Shown in pieces: positions 49,611 through 63,018 of a DNA stretch of 64,000 bases. Positions within the stretch are counted from its first letter, which is position 1. Every line of letters begins with the position of its first letter. The notes under the pieces were generated by a model. The model was not told the origin of the DNA and searched no databases. It saw only the letters and a list, made by a program, of their open reading frames with translations. Origin of the DNA: Callorhinchus milii (Eukaryota); contig NW_024704743.1 of assembly GCF_018977255.1 (NCBI RefSeq), forward strand, positions 10,170,001-10,234,000, given 5' to 3'. The position numbers were made by a program, and so were the translations under genes.

Positions 49611-50648
49611 TGCTGCATCTCTTTCTATGCAGCTCAATAAAAGACATTGGGGGATAGCTGTCCCTTTGGGTATATTAAAGAATAGTAAAGTGCTATTGGA
49701 AGGAAATGAGGTTACAGCAGAAATTCCTCTTGGACCGGATCAGTGCAATCATTCTCTCGCTTTTCACACCAGTGTCATTCATTTGGCCAGTCAACAAGCT
49801 GATTAAGAGTTGATGAATTGTTCCTCAGGAGAGATTTACTGACATAATATCGATTTTTGTTACCTCCCCATGCACTCTCACTCTCACTCTCACTCTCTGC
49901 ACCTTCCTCCCCCCACCACCGTCCGCTAAATTGAAAGGTCACAGTACTTTGATTCAGTACAAGAATCACGTCAGAGGTTAAGTTGGTGAGAAATGCAAAT
50001 ACAGGCGTCACTTGATAGGAGCAAGTTGCTAACATTTGAACATAATAATATTCCTTGTATCTGATATAGCACCTTGTCACGTTTTTGAGACATCTCAAAG
50101 TGCTTCCCAGAATATACTGTAAAATTAATTGACTATACATTTTGTGGGCGAAACGCAGAGTCCAATTGTCCCACAAGCAATCATGGATTGACCAATTTTT
50201 TCTTTTTTTTGACATTCCTTGGAACCATTTATATTTACTTGGAGATTCCTTATTTGCCCCCATGGGAACAGATGGGACTTCCATAAAAGCTCCATTCGTT
50301 AGTTTTGAAAAAGTAGCTTGTGCGCAAAACGTGTCTTGGAAACAACCTCGAACATAGTCTCAGGGTACCCACTCCGACTCTGGTTATGAATAAGTCAAAA
50401 GTTCATTTCCCTCCGTTCCACTGTTCTGCTTGTGCAGAACTGAACAAAGACAGTCCTCTACTCTCTGCTTACCACAGAAAGTGATCCTAACAGAGGCCCA
50501 GCTGCCATTTGACAAACTAGCATGAGGCCAAATACTGGAGCAAGCCACAAGAGCCATTCCTGACTCCAGCAGCTAAGTCTAGTTCCACAGAAAAATAATC
50601 TTTAAAAGATGTTACCCATCCATATTAAATTAGCAGAGGCCTAATTCT

Positions 50649-50747
50649 TTCAATATTATTATAGCAACAATACATCATCACCAGATTAGCAGAGGGCTGA
50701 GCCTCTCATTCTGAATGATGATGTATTGTTACGATAATGATATTGAA
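50649..50747. repeat. 99-nt fold-back palindrome
   Basis: Arms 50649-50680 and 50716-50747 match at 29/32; the spacer is also partly self-complementary. Confidence 0.9.
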
Positions 50748-51394
50748 ACTCTCAGCCCCATTACAATTTAGTCTAGATTCATTCCCAACTCATTCCCTTC
50801 CTCACTTCTTTCCAAGCGCATCTCTAAATATGCCTCGTTGACCACTCTTTGGTCATATTTCTCCTTCACACTCTCCTCAGCTCCCGCCCTCAGCTCGGGT
50901 GCCCATCCGGCACCATGAAGTGTTTTGAGATATCCTCCTGACATGAAAGACACTGGACGAATGTAACTTGCATTGTATTATACCAGTAGGGTCAAACTAG
51001 TGGTTGATTGGTGACCATTCCAATAATTCACACTGATAGGAAGAGAGGACATTGATGGATGAAAATGTGACATTGCTAATGAATTCTTCACCAACACAAG
51101 CCAATTATCCAAGCGGTAACTTTTCTGACATTTCCTGCTTACAAAACCCCAAAATCCTAAAGGATCTTCAAGACCTAAAAACTCCAGTATTTGGCATCAT
51201 GCTAGTTTATCAAATGTCATACTCATGTAGAGTCTTCTAGAATGGAACCTGAGCAAGACGGGAAATGGGGGAGGGAGGTAGGAGGGAGATGACCAATGAT
51301 TGAAGCGGTATGTTCTCGGAAAGTAAACAGAAAGGATGGCTTGAGGTGAATGATCTAAGAGCAATGATCTTGAGAGAAAACACTGCAGTGGAGG

Positions 51395-51673
51395 TGAATA
51401 CATTTAAATGGGATTGAAAAAGTAAACCCAGAACAGTCGTTTAGGATGCACTGAGACAGCAGAACATTGGTTTCGAGTTGCAAAAGGGCAATTTCAGTAA
51501 GGAAGTTTATTTTTACCCTGGGGATAATTAATACCTGGAACAGGTTGGCAGGAAGGTGGTTGATGCCAGGAGATTGCACACATTTAAAAACACAACAACC
51601 TGATGCTGTATTGCGAAGATGGGTTCAAATGAGCAGAAAAGCCTTCTTCATCTAAAACTAATCTTGTGATCTT
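51395..51673 (+). mobile_element. Old CR1 3' fragment (CTTGTGAT-tailed subfamily)
   Basis: IINTWNRLAGR; homologous to 52858-53195. Tail-only relatives at 32477-32533 and 52110-52197. Confidence 0.75.
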
Positions 51674-52857
51674 CTGAGGACTTTTGGCAGAATTCTGGAG
51701 AGTGGGGTGAGAGAGGGTACAAAGGCTGGAAACAATGTTAGGGTGTATCGTTTATTTCCCTCTGTAACAATCCGCTTGCAGTTGTGGGCATATTTTTTTG
51801 ATGATCATTGGTATTCTTTGTCTGGAATGATTGGGTAGCTCCCCAGCTCCATCACTCACAAGGTGCAGCACACTTGGCATGCCCATCACAACCTCATTAT
51901 CTCCCATTAGATTGATTTCAATGTCCTTATCTCTGATCTTCTACTTCTCTACTCCTCTGAAGGTCCCCGCCACTCAACTAAAATGGACTTGCTGTGTGTC
52001 CCCCATCCTCTCCATGCCACTATTCCTGGCTCAGACTTCAGTTCCAATACTCCTATCCTCTGGAATTCTCTGCTACCACTCTTCCATGCCTTCTCTCTTT
52101 CTGTCTTGAAGGGATGATATGATGGGTGTTCTGGAAAAATGAGATCAGATGGGCTGAAGGGCTTTCTACATCCAAACTATTCTTGTGATCTTGTGATATA
52201 AATGGAAGTAAACACTGTACAAATACACAGCATTTCTGGTTGATGCAGGTGCACAATCTTTGTAAATGTCATTTTTATGCTTTTTGCTGTCAGAATGATA
52301 TTTTAGTTTTTTTCTGGAAAGTGAATTGAAGGATTAGCTATGGCATTGTGATTTGTTTTCTCTATTGTAACTCTGGGCATGGTGGAATGACATCAATATC
52401 ACCCTTTGAATAATAATGATAATCCATGCACTTGATATAGAGCCTTACCATGTTGTCAAAACACCTCAAACTGCTTGAAAGGATTACTGAAATGGGTAAT
52501 GGCCAAATAGTGAATATCTTCTATAATGGAGGGTGGGAGGTGGGTGGGGAGCAGGAAAGTAGGGTATCTTTATGGCTGAGTTGGCTCCAAGATGATGTAC
52601 TTGGCAATGGATATTTGGAATCAAGTCAACTCTCTGTGGCAGTTTCGATCATCTAGTTCCTGATCCAGGTGGATCCAGTGCTCTGAAAACCACAAGTTAT
52701 TTGGTTACAGCTGGTTAAACTCTAGCAGTACCATAACACACACTTCGGGATCCCCAAGCCTTGATTCTTGCCAACTGCACCTAATACGCTCTGAAGTTAG
52801 GTAACCAGGGTGTGTCCATACAGTGAGGGAGTGCACATTTCATTTCAATCACGGGGA

Positions 52858-53195
52858 ATGAGGTATAAAAGATTTTAAATGAGATTGCGAAAATAAACTC
52901 AAAACAATACTTTCAGATGCACCAAGATAGTAGAACAAGAGGACACAAGTTTAAGGATTGAATAAAAGTATTTTCAGGACAGACACCAGGAAGCTTTTCT
53001 TTAACCAGAGGGTAAATAATTCCTGGAACAAGTTGGCAGGAAGGGTGATCGAGGCCAGGATATTTTGGAACTTTACTTTATGTAAAAACATAGCTTGATG
53101 CTGTGATGGGAGGATGGGAGGGTGGGTATTCTGGTAGGGTGAGATCAAATGGGCTGAAGGACCGTCTACAACCGAATTTCTATTATAATCTTGCT
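52858..53195 (+). mobile_element. Old CR1 3' fragment
   Basis: AGAACAAGAGGACACAAG...TTCTTTAACCAGAGGGTAAATAATTCCTGGAAC. Confidence 0.8.
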
Positions 53196-53399
53196 ATTTA
53201 TTTTCTGGACATGCAGAGCTGTCATAAATGCGTTTGTATTTCTGTTTCTGAGAAAATAAATGCAACTCTTAGTGATGCTTCAAATCTATGCTTGGCAGAT
53301 GTCTAATGATCAGTTGGTGACTATTTTCATGGAGATAAACAGAATTTTCTTGAGGCTGAGCTGGCTCCAAGGTGACTTGTAAGGTAAAAGCAATGAATC

Positions 53400-54235
53400 T
53401 TGCACATTGGCTCTCCATCTCCCAGTGGATCGAATTCAAAATCCTCGTCCTCACTTTTAAATCCCTCCACTTTTTTTAAATCAAATGATATATATTTATT
53501 TGTTGATATATATTTACACTTGCTCAAACAGTATCAAACCCATTACTGAAAGGAAGACGCAATGTTATTATCCTGTTACAGAAAGCCACAGACCCGGACC
53601 CTTGCGACAGGGTGGGGGTGGGAGTGGTGGGATTGCTCTGCGCACTCCACTTTGGTGAAGGGATCAAGGCTTCCCTGCCTCGGGGTTCTGCTGCTCTTTG
53701 CAGGGTGAAGTCACAAATGGGGTCTTGTACTCCACTCCCTATCCTTCCCCTTTTAGTGGGGAGTGTGGACAGGTTCACAATGCACACATTGTTTTGGGGA
53801 GCTCCCTTTAGTACAGTCGGGAGTCACTCCTGTGTGCACAACATCCATGTGCGCGCCCGCGCACACACTGATAAGGCGCATTTACTGCTTTCGGAGGGCG
53901 CCCCAATGTGCACACATGTTTACCCAAATCCGGAAACCTCACAAACACAAACCCATACACATATACAATATACTTTTAAATCCCTCCACGAGTCTGCCCC
54001 ACCCTATCACTGCTACCTCCACTGTCTGTAACTACATCCCCAAGTACCTCTGACGCGTCCCCTCCCTCACCGCATTCAAGGTGCATCTCAAATTTTCCTC
54101 TTTGACAATGTTTTCGGTCATATTTTCTTTCTGCACCCTGCGCTTATCCTTAGGTCAGGTGCCCAGCCACCAGTATCAGTAAGTGCTTTAGGACATCCTC
54201 CTGATGTGAAAACACTGAATAAATGTAAATGTGTA
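53400..54235 (+). mobile_element. Old L2 3' fragment split by a retrocopy
   Basis: CACATTGGCTCTCCATCTCCCAGTGGATCGAATTCAAAATCCTCGTCC, resuming at 53972 and ending in a stem-loop tail. Confidence 0.8.
53471..53971 (-). mobile_element. Polyadenylated retrocopy (mRNA 3' UTR or poly(A)-tailed LINE 3' UTR)
   Basis: Perfect 18-bp direct repeats ACTTTTAAATCCCTCCAC at 53453-53470 and 53972-53989; A7 tail (53471-53477) and AATAAA (53495-53500) on minus. Confidence 0.85.
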
Positions 54236-54769
54236 TTGTAATACTCCCTGAAATTAGGTAAATAGGGTGTGTCCTTCCAGGGTGACAGTACACATTCCAT
54301 TCCAGACACAGGGAAATTTTTAGGTTTAGGTGGCACGCATGTTTGAAACTCGTAGTCTGGTTTAGATACACTTAAGCATTAAAATGGGTTTCCTTGAGTG
54401 TCAGACACCTGACTGACCAGAAAACAAAAGTACAGCTTAATGTTAAGATAAGACAGTATCCCGGGAACAGGTTTCAATGCGCAATTTACTTTTAAGGGAT
54501 GTTACCCCTTTTATATTATATCTTTGCTATGCTTTAGAACTGTCATGAACTCTTGTGCTCAATTAAAAGGTACTTATTAAATTCTAGCTTTCATTTTAAA
54601 ATGTAATGTTTTATCTGTGTTGACAACAACACAATTTAATTTAATCCAAGTTGCACTGCATCAGAAATGCTGATGGCTGCTTCATATTCCCCTGTCCTGT
54701 CACTAGTTCTCTTATATGCATTTCTACAGTGTTGGGTTCACTCACATGACATTACAAGAGTTGGTGAGG

Positions 54770-57521
54770 TTATAAAAACCTAAACAAAACTGCCAAATTT
54801 CAAGAGGACTGACTTTGTGCGCTTAAGAAGTCTAGTTGAGTGGGCCTGGCAGACTTAAATATGGCAATAGGAGTGGAGGAGCTATAGATTTCCTTCAAAG
54901 AGGTGATTATGAAGGCAATGGGAAACGTGTACCCATGCAAAGCAAAGGTACCAAGCTTAAAGGCACTCCTGCCTGGTTGGACGGAGCTACACAGCAAATC
55001 AGAAAGAGGAAAAATAAAGCATTAAGGCCATAAAGGAAAATGGCACAGAAATAAGTTAGACTCAATACCAGAAGGCTTGCCAATACTGCAAAAAAGGCAT
55101 CAGAATGGCAACAAAAAGGTTTGAATTGAACATGGCAAGAGATATGAAGGACAATAACAAACCATTTTTTAGTTACATTAAGAGTAGAAGAAAAACAAGC
55201 AATGGAATAGGGCCACTGAAAGTGAGTTCGGGAGACAACATGCACAGGCTGCAATAGTGCTAAATACGTTTTTTTGCATCAGTCTTTAGCAAGGAGGAGA
55301 CGGGTAACCTATCAGATCTGGAAAGAGAACTCAAGGATGTCGCAGAGAAAAGTTGTGACACTATTCATATCACTTCCAGCATGGTTGCCAAACAGCTGTG
55401 TAAACTTAAGGTAAATAAACCTCAGGGGCCAGATAAATTGCATTTGAGGATCCTTAAGGAACTTAGGCAGGAAGTCACAGGAACGCTGGCACAAATCTTT
55501 TAAAAGTCACTGAATACTGGAGCGGTGCTGGGGGGAACTGGAGAAAGTCAGATGTTATTCCTATTAGTAACAAAAGTGACCCAGGAAACTACAGACCAAT
55601 AAGTTTGACGTCCATTATGGTTAAAATTATGGAGACTCTTATTAGGATAAAATAATGGAGCATCTGGAGAGAAATAAAATCATAAATGATAGCCAATACC
55701 GGTTCATGAAGTGAAGGTCTTGCCAATCTGATTTACTGGTTTTCTTTGACAGTGTGACAAGGCAGCTTGATAAGGGTAGGCTGTGGATGTTGGATGTTAC
55801 CTGGATTTCAGTAAGGCCTGATACAGTTCCTCTTGAGAGGCTGGTACAGAAAGTAAAAAAAAGTTTTAAAAAAGCGGGAAACAGTGAAGGAATATTACAT
55901 TAGATACGCAATTGGTTGACCGGAAGAACCCAGAGGGTGGTGGTACAGGAAAGTCATAAGTCTGGGAAAATTTTACCAGTGGAGTTCCACAGGGTGTGTT
56001 TTGGGACGTTTTTTGTTCAATACTTTTATAAATGATCTGGAACTAGGAGTTGCAAGCACAGTGGTTAAATTTGCAGACACCAAGCTAACAAAGATGGTAG
56101 ATTGCAAAGCTGAACAGGATAGGTTACGGGAGGATTTGAACATATTTGGGAATTGGACAGATTGGTGGCAGATGAAATTCAATGTGGAGAAATGTAAAGT
56201 ACTTCACATGGGGACAAAAAGTTCTGGAAGGAAATATTATTTGAAGAAAAATGATATGTATGGATAATGAAAAGGACCTGGGTGTCCTGATTGACAATAA
56301 ATTGTAGCTCTCCCAACAATGCTCTGTGTCAGTGAATAAAGCAAACCAGATGTTGAGATGTATCAAAAGATCAATAGCAAGTTGAAATAGTGGGGTAATC
56401 CTGCCACTGTATAACAACAACAAGATTACATTTGTATAGCGCCTTTCACATCGGGAAGACGTCCCTAGGTGCTGGATCATGTACAGCATTTCAGACCCGA
56501 GGGGGGGAGAAGGGAGGGGAGGGGAAGGGGAGTGGCTGATGGCATGGTCGAAGAGGAGGGTTTTGAGGCAGGACTTGAAGGAGGCTAAGAGAGGGTGAGG
56601 CGGAGTGATTGGGGGATGGAATTCCAGAGGTTGAGGGCAGAGTGGCTGAAGGCTTTCCCATCAATGGTGGGGCGGGTGGGTCGGGGGACGTGGAGCAGGC
56701 TGGAGACGGCTGAGCGAAGGGAGCGGGCGGGTTGGTAGGGGGTTAGGAGGTCGCAGAGATAGGGTGGGGCGAGGCCATGGAGGGCTTTGTAGGTGAAGAC
56801 CACGATCTTGAACTGGATCCTCTGAAGGATAGAGAACCAATGGAGTCGGGCGAGAATGATGGAGATGGGGTCACAGCGCTTGGTACAGGAGAGGAGTTCT
56901 GGATTATCTGCAGCCTGTGGAGGAAGGAGTTGGGAAAGCCGACAAACAGGGTCTTCTGAACTCCTCCCTGAGACCACACTTAGAGTACTGTGTACGGTTC
57001 TGATTGCTCCAGTACAAAAAGGATATTTGAGAAAACGAGAAGATACAACCAATGAGCAACCAAAATGATTGAGGGAATGGAAGGATCGGACTGTGAGGAG
57101 TGACTAAGTAAATTGGGCATGTTCAAGCTGGAAAAGAGAAGATTGAGAGGTGCATGATTGCTGTCTTTAAGAACCTAAAGGGGCAAGGCAATATAGATCA
57201 TGACAGGCTGTTTCAACTTGTCCCGAATAGTAGAACCAGAGGACATGGCCTGCGATTAAAGAGGGGTAAATTCATAATGAATCTACGCAAACAGTCCTTC
57301 AGTGAGCGAATAGTGAACCTGTGGATCAGTCTCCCTAGGGAGACGGTTGAAGCAGGAAACGTTGATTCTTTCAAACACATATTACATAGTTTTATTTTAG
57401 GAAATAACACAGAGGTAGTTTGGGACTAACATATGTACATATGTACATGCAACCTCCAGGAAGGTGGAAGGCAAACTAGATGCAGCTTATTTTTTTTTCG
57501 TCTAGCATTTATGTTCCTATG
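54770..57521 (+). mobile_element. Degenerate CR1 LINE interrupted by L2
   Basis: NYRPISLTS-like segment, FNTFINDLELGV, KFADTKL, WQMKFNVEKCKVLH, RTRGHGLRLK, FSERIVNLW; ends ATGTTCCTATG. Confidence 0.92.
56413..56951 (-). mobile_element. L2 3' fragment inserted in a CR1
   Basis: LARLHWFSILQRIQFKI...; (CAA)n tail at left; CR1 resumes at ~56969. Confidence 0.9.
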
Positions 57522-58003
57522 ATTCCCAGCACAAGGTTCCACTACCTTTGGAAAATGAAGGAGATGCATTGAGCAGTTAGTTGCTGCTCTAGCCATATGT
57601 CAGGGCAATGAGTTGCTTGGCTGGACTTAGGCAGTCAGGGAATGCTGAGCAGCATCATTCAGCAGGGAGCTTTTCACTTGATCAGCATCCCAGTGTCAAC
57701 GCGTAAAATCAAATGCAAGGATTATTGTTGTTTCAGAAACTCCAGAATTTGATAAATTCTTAAAGTCAGTCTTAATCATGAAATCAGTTTTCTTTAAAAG
57801 AACACTGCTGTGCGCAATTGGCTGACCCGTTTCACCCACAAAACACAGTCAATTAATTTTACAGGTATTCTGTGAAGCGCTTTGAGATGTCTCAATGACA
57901 TGCTAAGGCACTACAAGAATTATTATTGTTGTTATTATTATAAAATAGAATTCAACATTGACGCAAAATTAAACAATGTTCTGAAATGCTAAGGAAACAG
58001 AAT

Positions 58004-58150
58004 ACGTAAGAACATAAGAAATAGGAGCAGGAGTAGGCCATTCAGCCACTCGAGCCTGCCCTGCCATTTAATAAGATTTATTAACCTAATTCCACCCTAT
58101 CCCCATATCCCTTAATCCCTTTAGTTTTTAAAAATCTATCGATCTCAGTG
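58004..58150 (-). mobile_element. CR1 3' terminus
   Basis: Reverse complement of the 41820-41990 type of end (AAGAACATAAGAAATAGGAGCAGGAGTAGGCCATTC). Confidence 0.85.
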
Positions 58151-61100
58151 ATAATTCTAGACCCAGGTGGAATTTCTACCCCATTAGTTTTAAAAGGACT
58201 CTTGTTACATCTCTTCCTAGATGAGCACTGGTAACTTCTGTAACTTGGAACGGCTCTTGTTTTTTAGAACACAATGTTCCTATTACTGAGAACAAACATA
58301 ATTACACAATGTGCTTGATAAGCTTTGTTACATGATGTGTAGTGATCGGTTGTTCTTAAGAAATATTCCTCGTCTTTACGAAAATGTTCATACAGTACCA
58401 CCTTTATATGAAGGAAGAAATGTGATGTTGCATAAAGCTTTTGGGAATGGGAAACCAGGCTTATACTTCGAAGTATGAATAATTCCCTCTACGACTGAGG
58501 GGTGTTCCACACTTACACAATAAAACCAAGTTCACACTGAAGTGGTAATAAATCAGTGACTATCCACCGCTGGGAGGGGTGGGAGGAAGTGATGGGTTGG
58601 GGGTGGGGGGTAAATCGGTGATGGTCTCGGTAGTCCGGTTCCTGAACTAGATGGGTTTGCAGTATTCCAGGGCATTGTTGGAGACAGAACAACCGGACCG
58701 GCTCATTAGTAGGACTTAGAGTGGCAGATCAGTCATCGGGCAGGGATTCCTCCCACTCAGCTCCTATTAACCCTGCAAGCCAAAGCCCTAATGGTTAGTG
58801 TGGTGTGCTAGCTGGATAAGCAACTGGACGCTTGCCAGACAATGCTGTCAACGGCAAGCTATGTAGTTTTAGGGTGCGGCGAGCCATAGTATAACGTAAG
58901 CAAACGCAGCAACTAATTTGTGCACAGCAACCACAGCCGTGAAGTAAGTGACCAATTTTATCAGGCAGATTTTTTGGCCAGTATACCAAAAGAAACTCCC
59001 TCCTCTTTTTGAGACACAAGTAGAATTCTCAGCCTACAAGCTCTTTTCATGGTCAGCACCAGACCTTGGTGCCAGGCACTGGTAGCTGCTCACTTAAGAA
59101 TGAATATTTATAAAGGTCATTTCAGTATGCAGATCATTTCAAGAAATCCAGATTTATTGGGAATCTTCCCCGCACCCACCCTTAGTCCACCCTACACATA
59201 TTTCTTAATCTTTCCATGTCATTTTCCAAGGCTAGGAAAGTTTTCTTGGATGGTTCTATCCGTTTTTGAACAAATACTGATAGCACTGACTGACACACAG
59301 ACTCTCAGCTAAGCTCCGAGGCTCCTGCACTGATTTGAAGCAGTTGTATGTAAATGCTGATAAATGCCGGCAAGCATTCCATTCCTCTCAGTTTGGTTCT
59401 ATCATTGCACTGATAGCGCTGATAGCAGGCTCAATGTGGACTCTGTCACACGCTGCTTTGTTTTGATTCTTGTGGATGTATTTTTGTATCAGTGACCGGG
59501 GAAGTCCCTTCAAAGTTATCAAGGCACCACAAAACACTAGAAATCTGTGTGAATTCTCTAAACATGTCCATGTCCTTCATTAAGTGGAAGCAAGCACTTT
59601 GTAAGACTCATATTCCACTGGAATTAATAAATCTGCAAACTTGCAATTTTTTTTTAGCTTGGCCTTAAGAGTAAACATAAACCTTGTTTATGTTTTGGAT
59701 TGTTGGATAGGGTGCAATATAAATACAGGTTGTTGTTGAGATTGGAGGCCACGCTGGCAGAGCCAGGTATCTATTGCCCCCCTCTTCCCCCCCCCACCAC
59801 CCCAAGTGCCCTGAGAAGATGATGATGGAAGGTGAAGATGCTTCCATGGTGGCAGTTCCAGGATTGTAACCCAGAGCACCAATTCACTTTTAACATGGGT
59901 TCCCAGTGAACTGATAAGGCTCCAATTTCCAACCCAAATGCTTATATTCCAAAGTACATATATTCTGTGCTAAAAAAAAATGGCTGGTTTCCTGGGTTTA
60001 AAGTCACCACTGATGTGTCGCTCTGTGGATTGTGCTGTTTGCAGGAAACACTGCTGGTGTCCCAGCACAAAAAATCAATATTAGGGCTGCCCTGAGCAAC
60101 TAGGTTGACATGTAGCTAACATGACGTTGACACTTAGCCATGAATTTTCAAAAATGTCTCAAAGTGATTCCAAAATAGGTCTATTCAGCTGCTTGAAAGC
60201 TCAAGCAGTAAAAAGTTGTATCACTCTCAGTTGTGAGATGGCAATAGTTTAAATCCTAGCCTTCTTTCCAGCTTTGTCTGATAAGAATAATACTACTAAT
60301 CATTCTTGCATTTAATATCGACCATGCAATGGCGCAACATTTCAAAACGCTTCACAGGGAATTTCTATTAAGTAGTACAATGTGCAGGCTACTTTGGCGA
60401 CCAATTTGAGCACAGGAAAATTCCACAAATAGCAAAGTGAATGAACAATTCAGCTGGAGGACTGGTGACCAGCACACCGGGAGAAAATCCCTTCTCCTGT
60501 CTGTTCTTATTGGGTGTGTGTTATGGGCTCATGACCACTCTATTAGCTAGTTAAATAGAAAAATGCTCCCAGAGAGAAAATGCTCCATCTTTGGGGCAGG
60601 TAAAGGGAAAAAGTTGGAATATCAACTCCACATACCATTCTATTGCACCTCACCTGTTGCCTGTTGATCACACAGAGTGGCATTGGCAGTATTCATGAGG
60701 CACTTCTATGGCACTGTCCTTACTGTCCTGGAGCCCTAAGAGGTGGAGTGTCAACAGAGGGATGAAAAGAAAAATAAGACAACTAAAAAATGATGACCCA
60801 TAAATCTGCTGCTGTACAATAATTGTACATCAATAGGGCCAATTTTCTTTAAAAAATGACCGAAAAGTTGCTCTTGGAATTGTTAGAATTGCAAATGGTT
60901 GTCTTCATTGACTGCAAGATTTTTCTGCCAATTTTAAAGTGTCTAAAAGCAATTGGGTCAGGAATTTTCAGAAGGCATGCGGAGGTTTTTGTATGTTTTC
61001 GAGGCATTTTGTTTGCTTTATTTCTACCTCATTCAAAGCTGCATCGATCACTTGAGATAAAATAATAACCATTACTTTTGATATATAGAGCCTGTCAGGA

Positions 61101-61899
61101 GATTGTCTCAAAGCGTTTCACATGGTTTACCGTGACATGCTTTCACTGTGTATTTTGTGGGTGGACACAGCAGCCAATTCGGGCACAGTAATGTCCCACA
61201 AACAGCTATGAAACGAGTACCAATATTATTTGGTGGACTGCTGGTCACAGGATGAAACTCCCTTTACTTACATTATTATCTATTGCTTTGAAGATTACTG
61301 AACTTGGTAGAGCATTTTAAAAATAATGTGCTTCTGTTAATAGTGCGCCTTGGTGTGAGCTATGATGTTGAAAAAGACCCGGTGCCCTTTATACAGACAA
61401 GTATAGAGGACTGTTTAGATACCAGGTTCAAATACCAGTCACAACTCCCAGTTTTGCTGTGCTGTCTCATAGAGAACGGATTTATTGATTATCCAGTCTC
61501 CAAACTCGCTGCCAAGTGTCTCCCATGCTACCCATTGTGCTATCTGTGTATGAATGCCATGAGTGATTACAACACAAGCCACTCATTATTTTACACTAAA
61601 CAGACCAGAAATGGATGTCAGATTATTTTATAAACTTTACATTGATACATATTCTACCGTTAACAGGAAGGAGGAATAGTACCCATTGCCTCAGCTGTCA
61701 GGGATTTACTTCTGAAATGATGTGTGGAGGTTTAGATAGATGCATTATATTGCAAAGTAGTGATGCATTGAAGTCAAATGTATGCCGAGAGCTATAAATA
61801 CCAATCTTTTCATTCTGTCTTTAGATTGGGATTTCTCAATATAAAGATTCAGCAGAAAAAATCATTATTTATAACAATGTATAATCAAGATATTATATA

Positions 61900-62035
61900 T
61901 CGCAAACAGGCCATTTGGTCCATGCCAGTGCTTATCTTCCACATGAGCCCTCGCCCCTCCTATTCCCCTAAACTGTACCCCTCTATTTCCTTCTCCTTTA
62001 TGTATACGTTAAGTTTGCTCTTAAGTATTGACACT
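61900..62035 (-). mobile_element. Old CR1 3' terminus
   Basis: ACAGGCCATTTGGTCC...CCCTCTATTTCCTTCTCC pattern typical of CR1 3' UTRs. Confidence 0.5.
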
Positions 62036-62729
62036 CAATGTTATACGTATTGTTGATCATAAATGTCACATCATCGAAAATTGTGATTCTTTATTGATAG
62101 TTTGGGAGTGAACACTTCCATGGCGTTGGTACTGTAGTTTGCCCCAAAAGCTCTTTCACAGACATTTTTAGATTCCCTCTTTGCGGTTGCTGGTGTTTGA
62201 GTGCATTTTTGACTTGGAGCTGATATTTCGGAGCTATTTTACAGAACACTGGCTGGTCTAACAGAGCGTGCTGTTTTTAGCTGCACTGAAATACTGCTCA
62301 CAGGAAAAAATAAATGAGTGCTGAAATCATCAGACCCACATTGTGTTAAGAGGTGGTGGTGGATGTGGGGTTAAAATGCAACATTCAATGTCTACAGTTT
62401 CATTGATGGTGTGATAGTGATTGCAAGACTGAATACTGAGACCCAAACCATCTGGGTACAGTGGAACCCTATTATAACATGCTCCATTATGACATGGGTT
62501 TGCTTATGAGGTGAGTGTCATGTGGATGCACAGCTGGTTTGCTCAATCTTGACTTTCCCAGGAAGTGACAGTCCAGAGGAAACAGGGTTTGCTTGGGACT
62601 GAGCTGGCTCCAAGGTGATATGCTGAACAATGCAAATGTTGGAATCTCTGACAGTCTTGTTAGTACAGTTCCTGAGCCAAGCAGATCTGCCATGACAAAG
62701 CAAAACACTGCTGATGAAAGACCAGCGAA

Positions 62730-62958
62730 CCAGAGATGCCATCGTTCGGATGGGTCATTAAACTGAGGTCTCGTCTGCCTGTTGAGGTGGACGTTAAAGA
62801 TCCCATTGCACTACTCAAAAAAGAAGAGTTCTGGACAGCAATCTCCCAGATAAAATTGGTCATTAACTCCATGACTCTCTGTGGGCATTGCTGTAGGCAA
62901 ATTGAATGTCACATTTGTCTAAAAAACAATAACTCTCTGTGAAGCGCTCTGAGATATG
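62730..62958 (+). mobile_element. SINE family B fragment
   Basis: AAACTGAGGTCTCGTCTGCCTGTTGAGGTGGACGTTAAAGATCCCATTGCAC. Confidence 0.8.
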
Positions 62959-63018
62959 TAATAATAATAATAATCCTTGCATTTAATATTTGATTGCATT
63001 TGATATAGCGCCTTATCA

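Noticed and set aside
61304..61633. 109-aa ORF in unique sequence
   Set aside because: Non-ATG start, no domain and no convincing splice sites.
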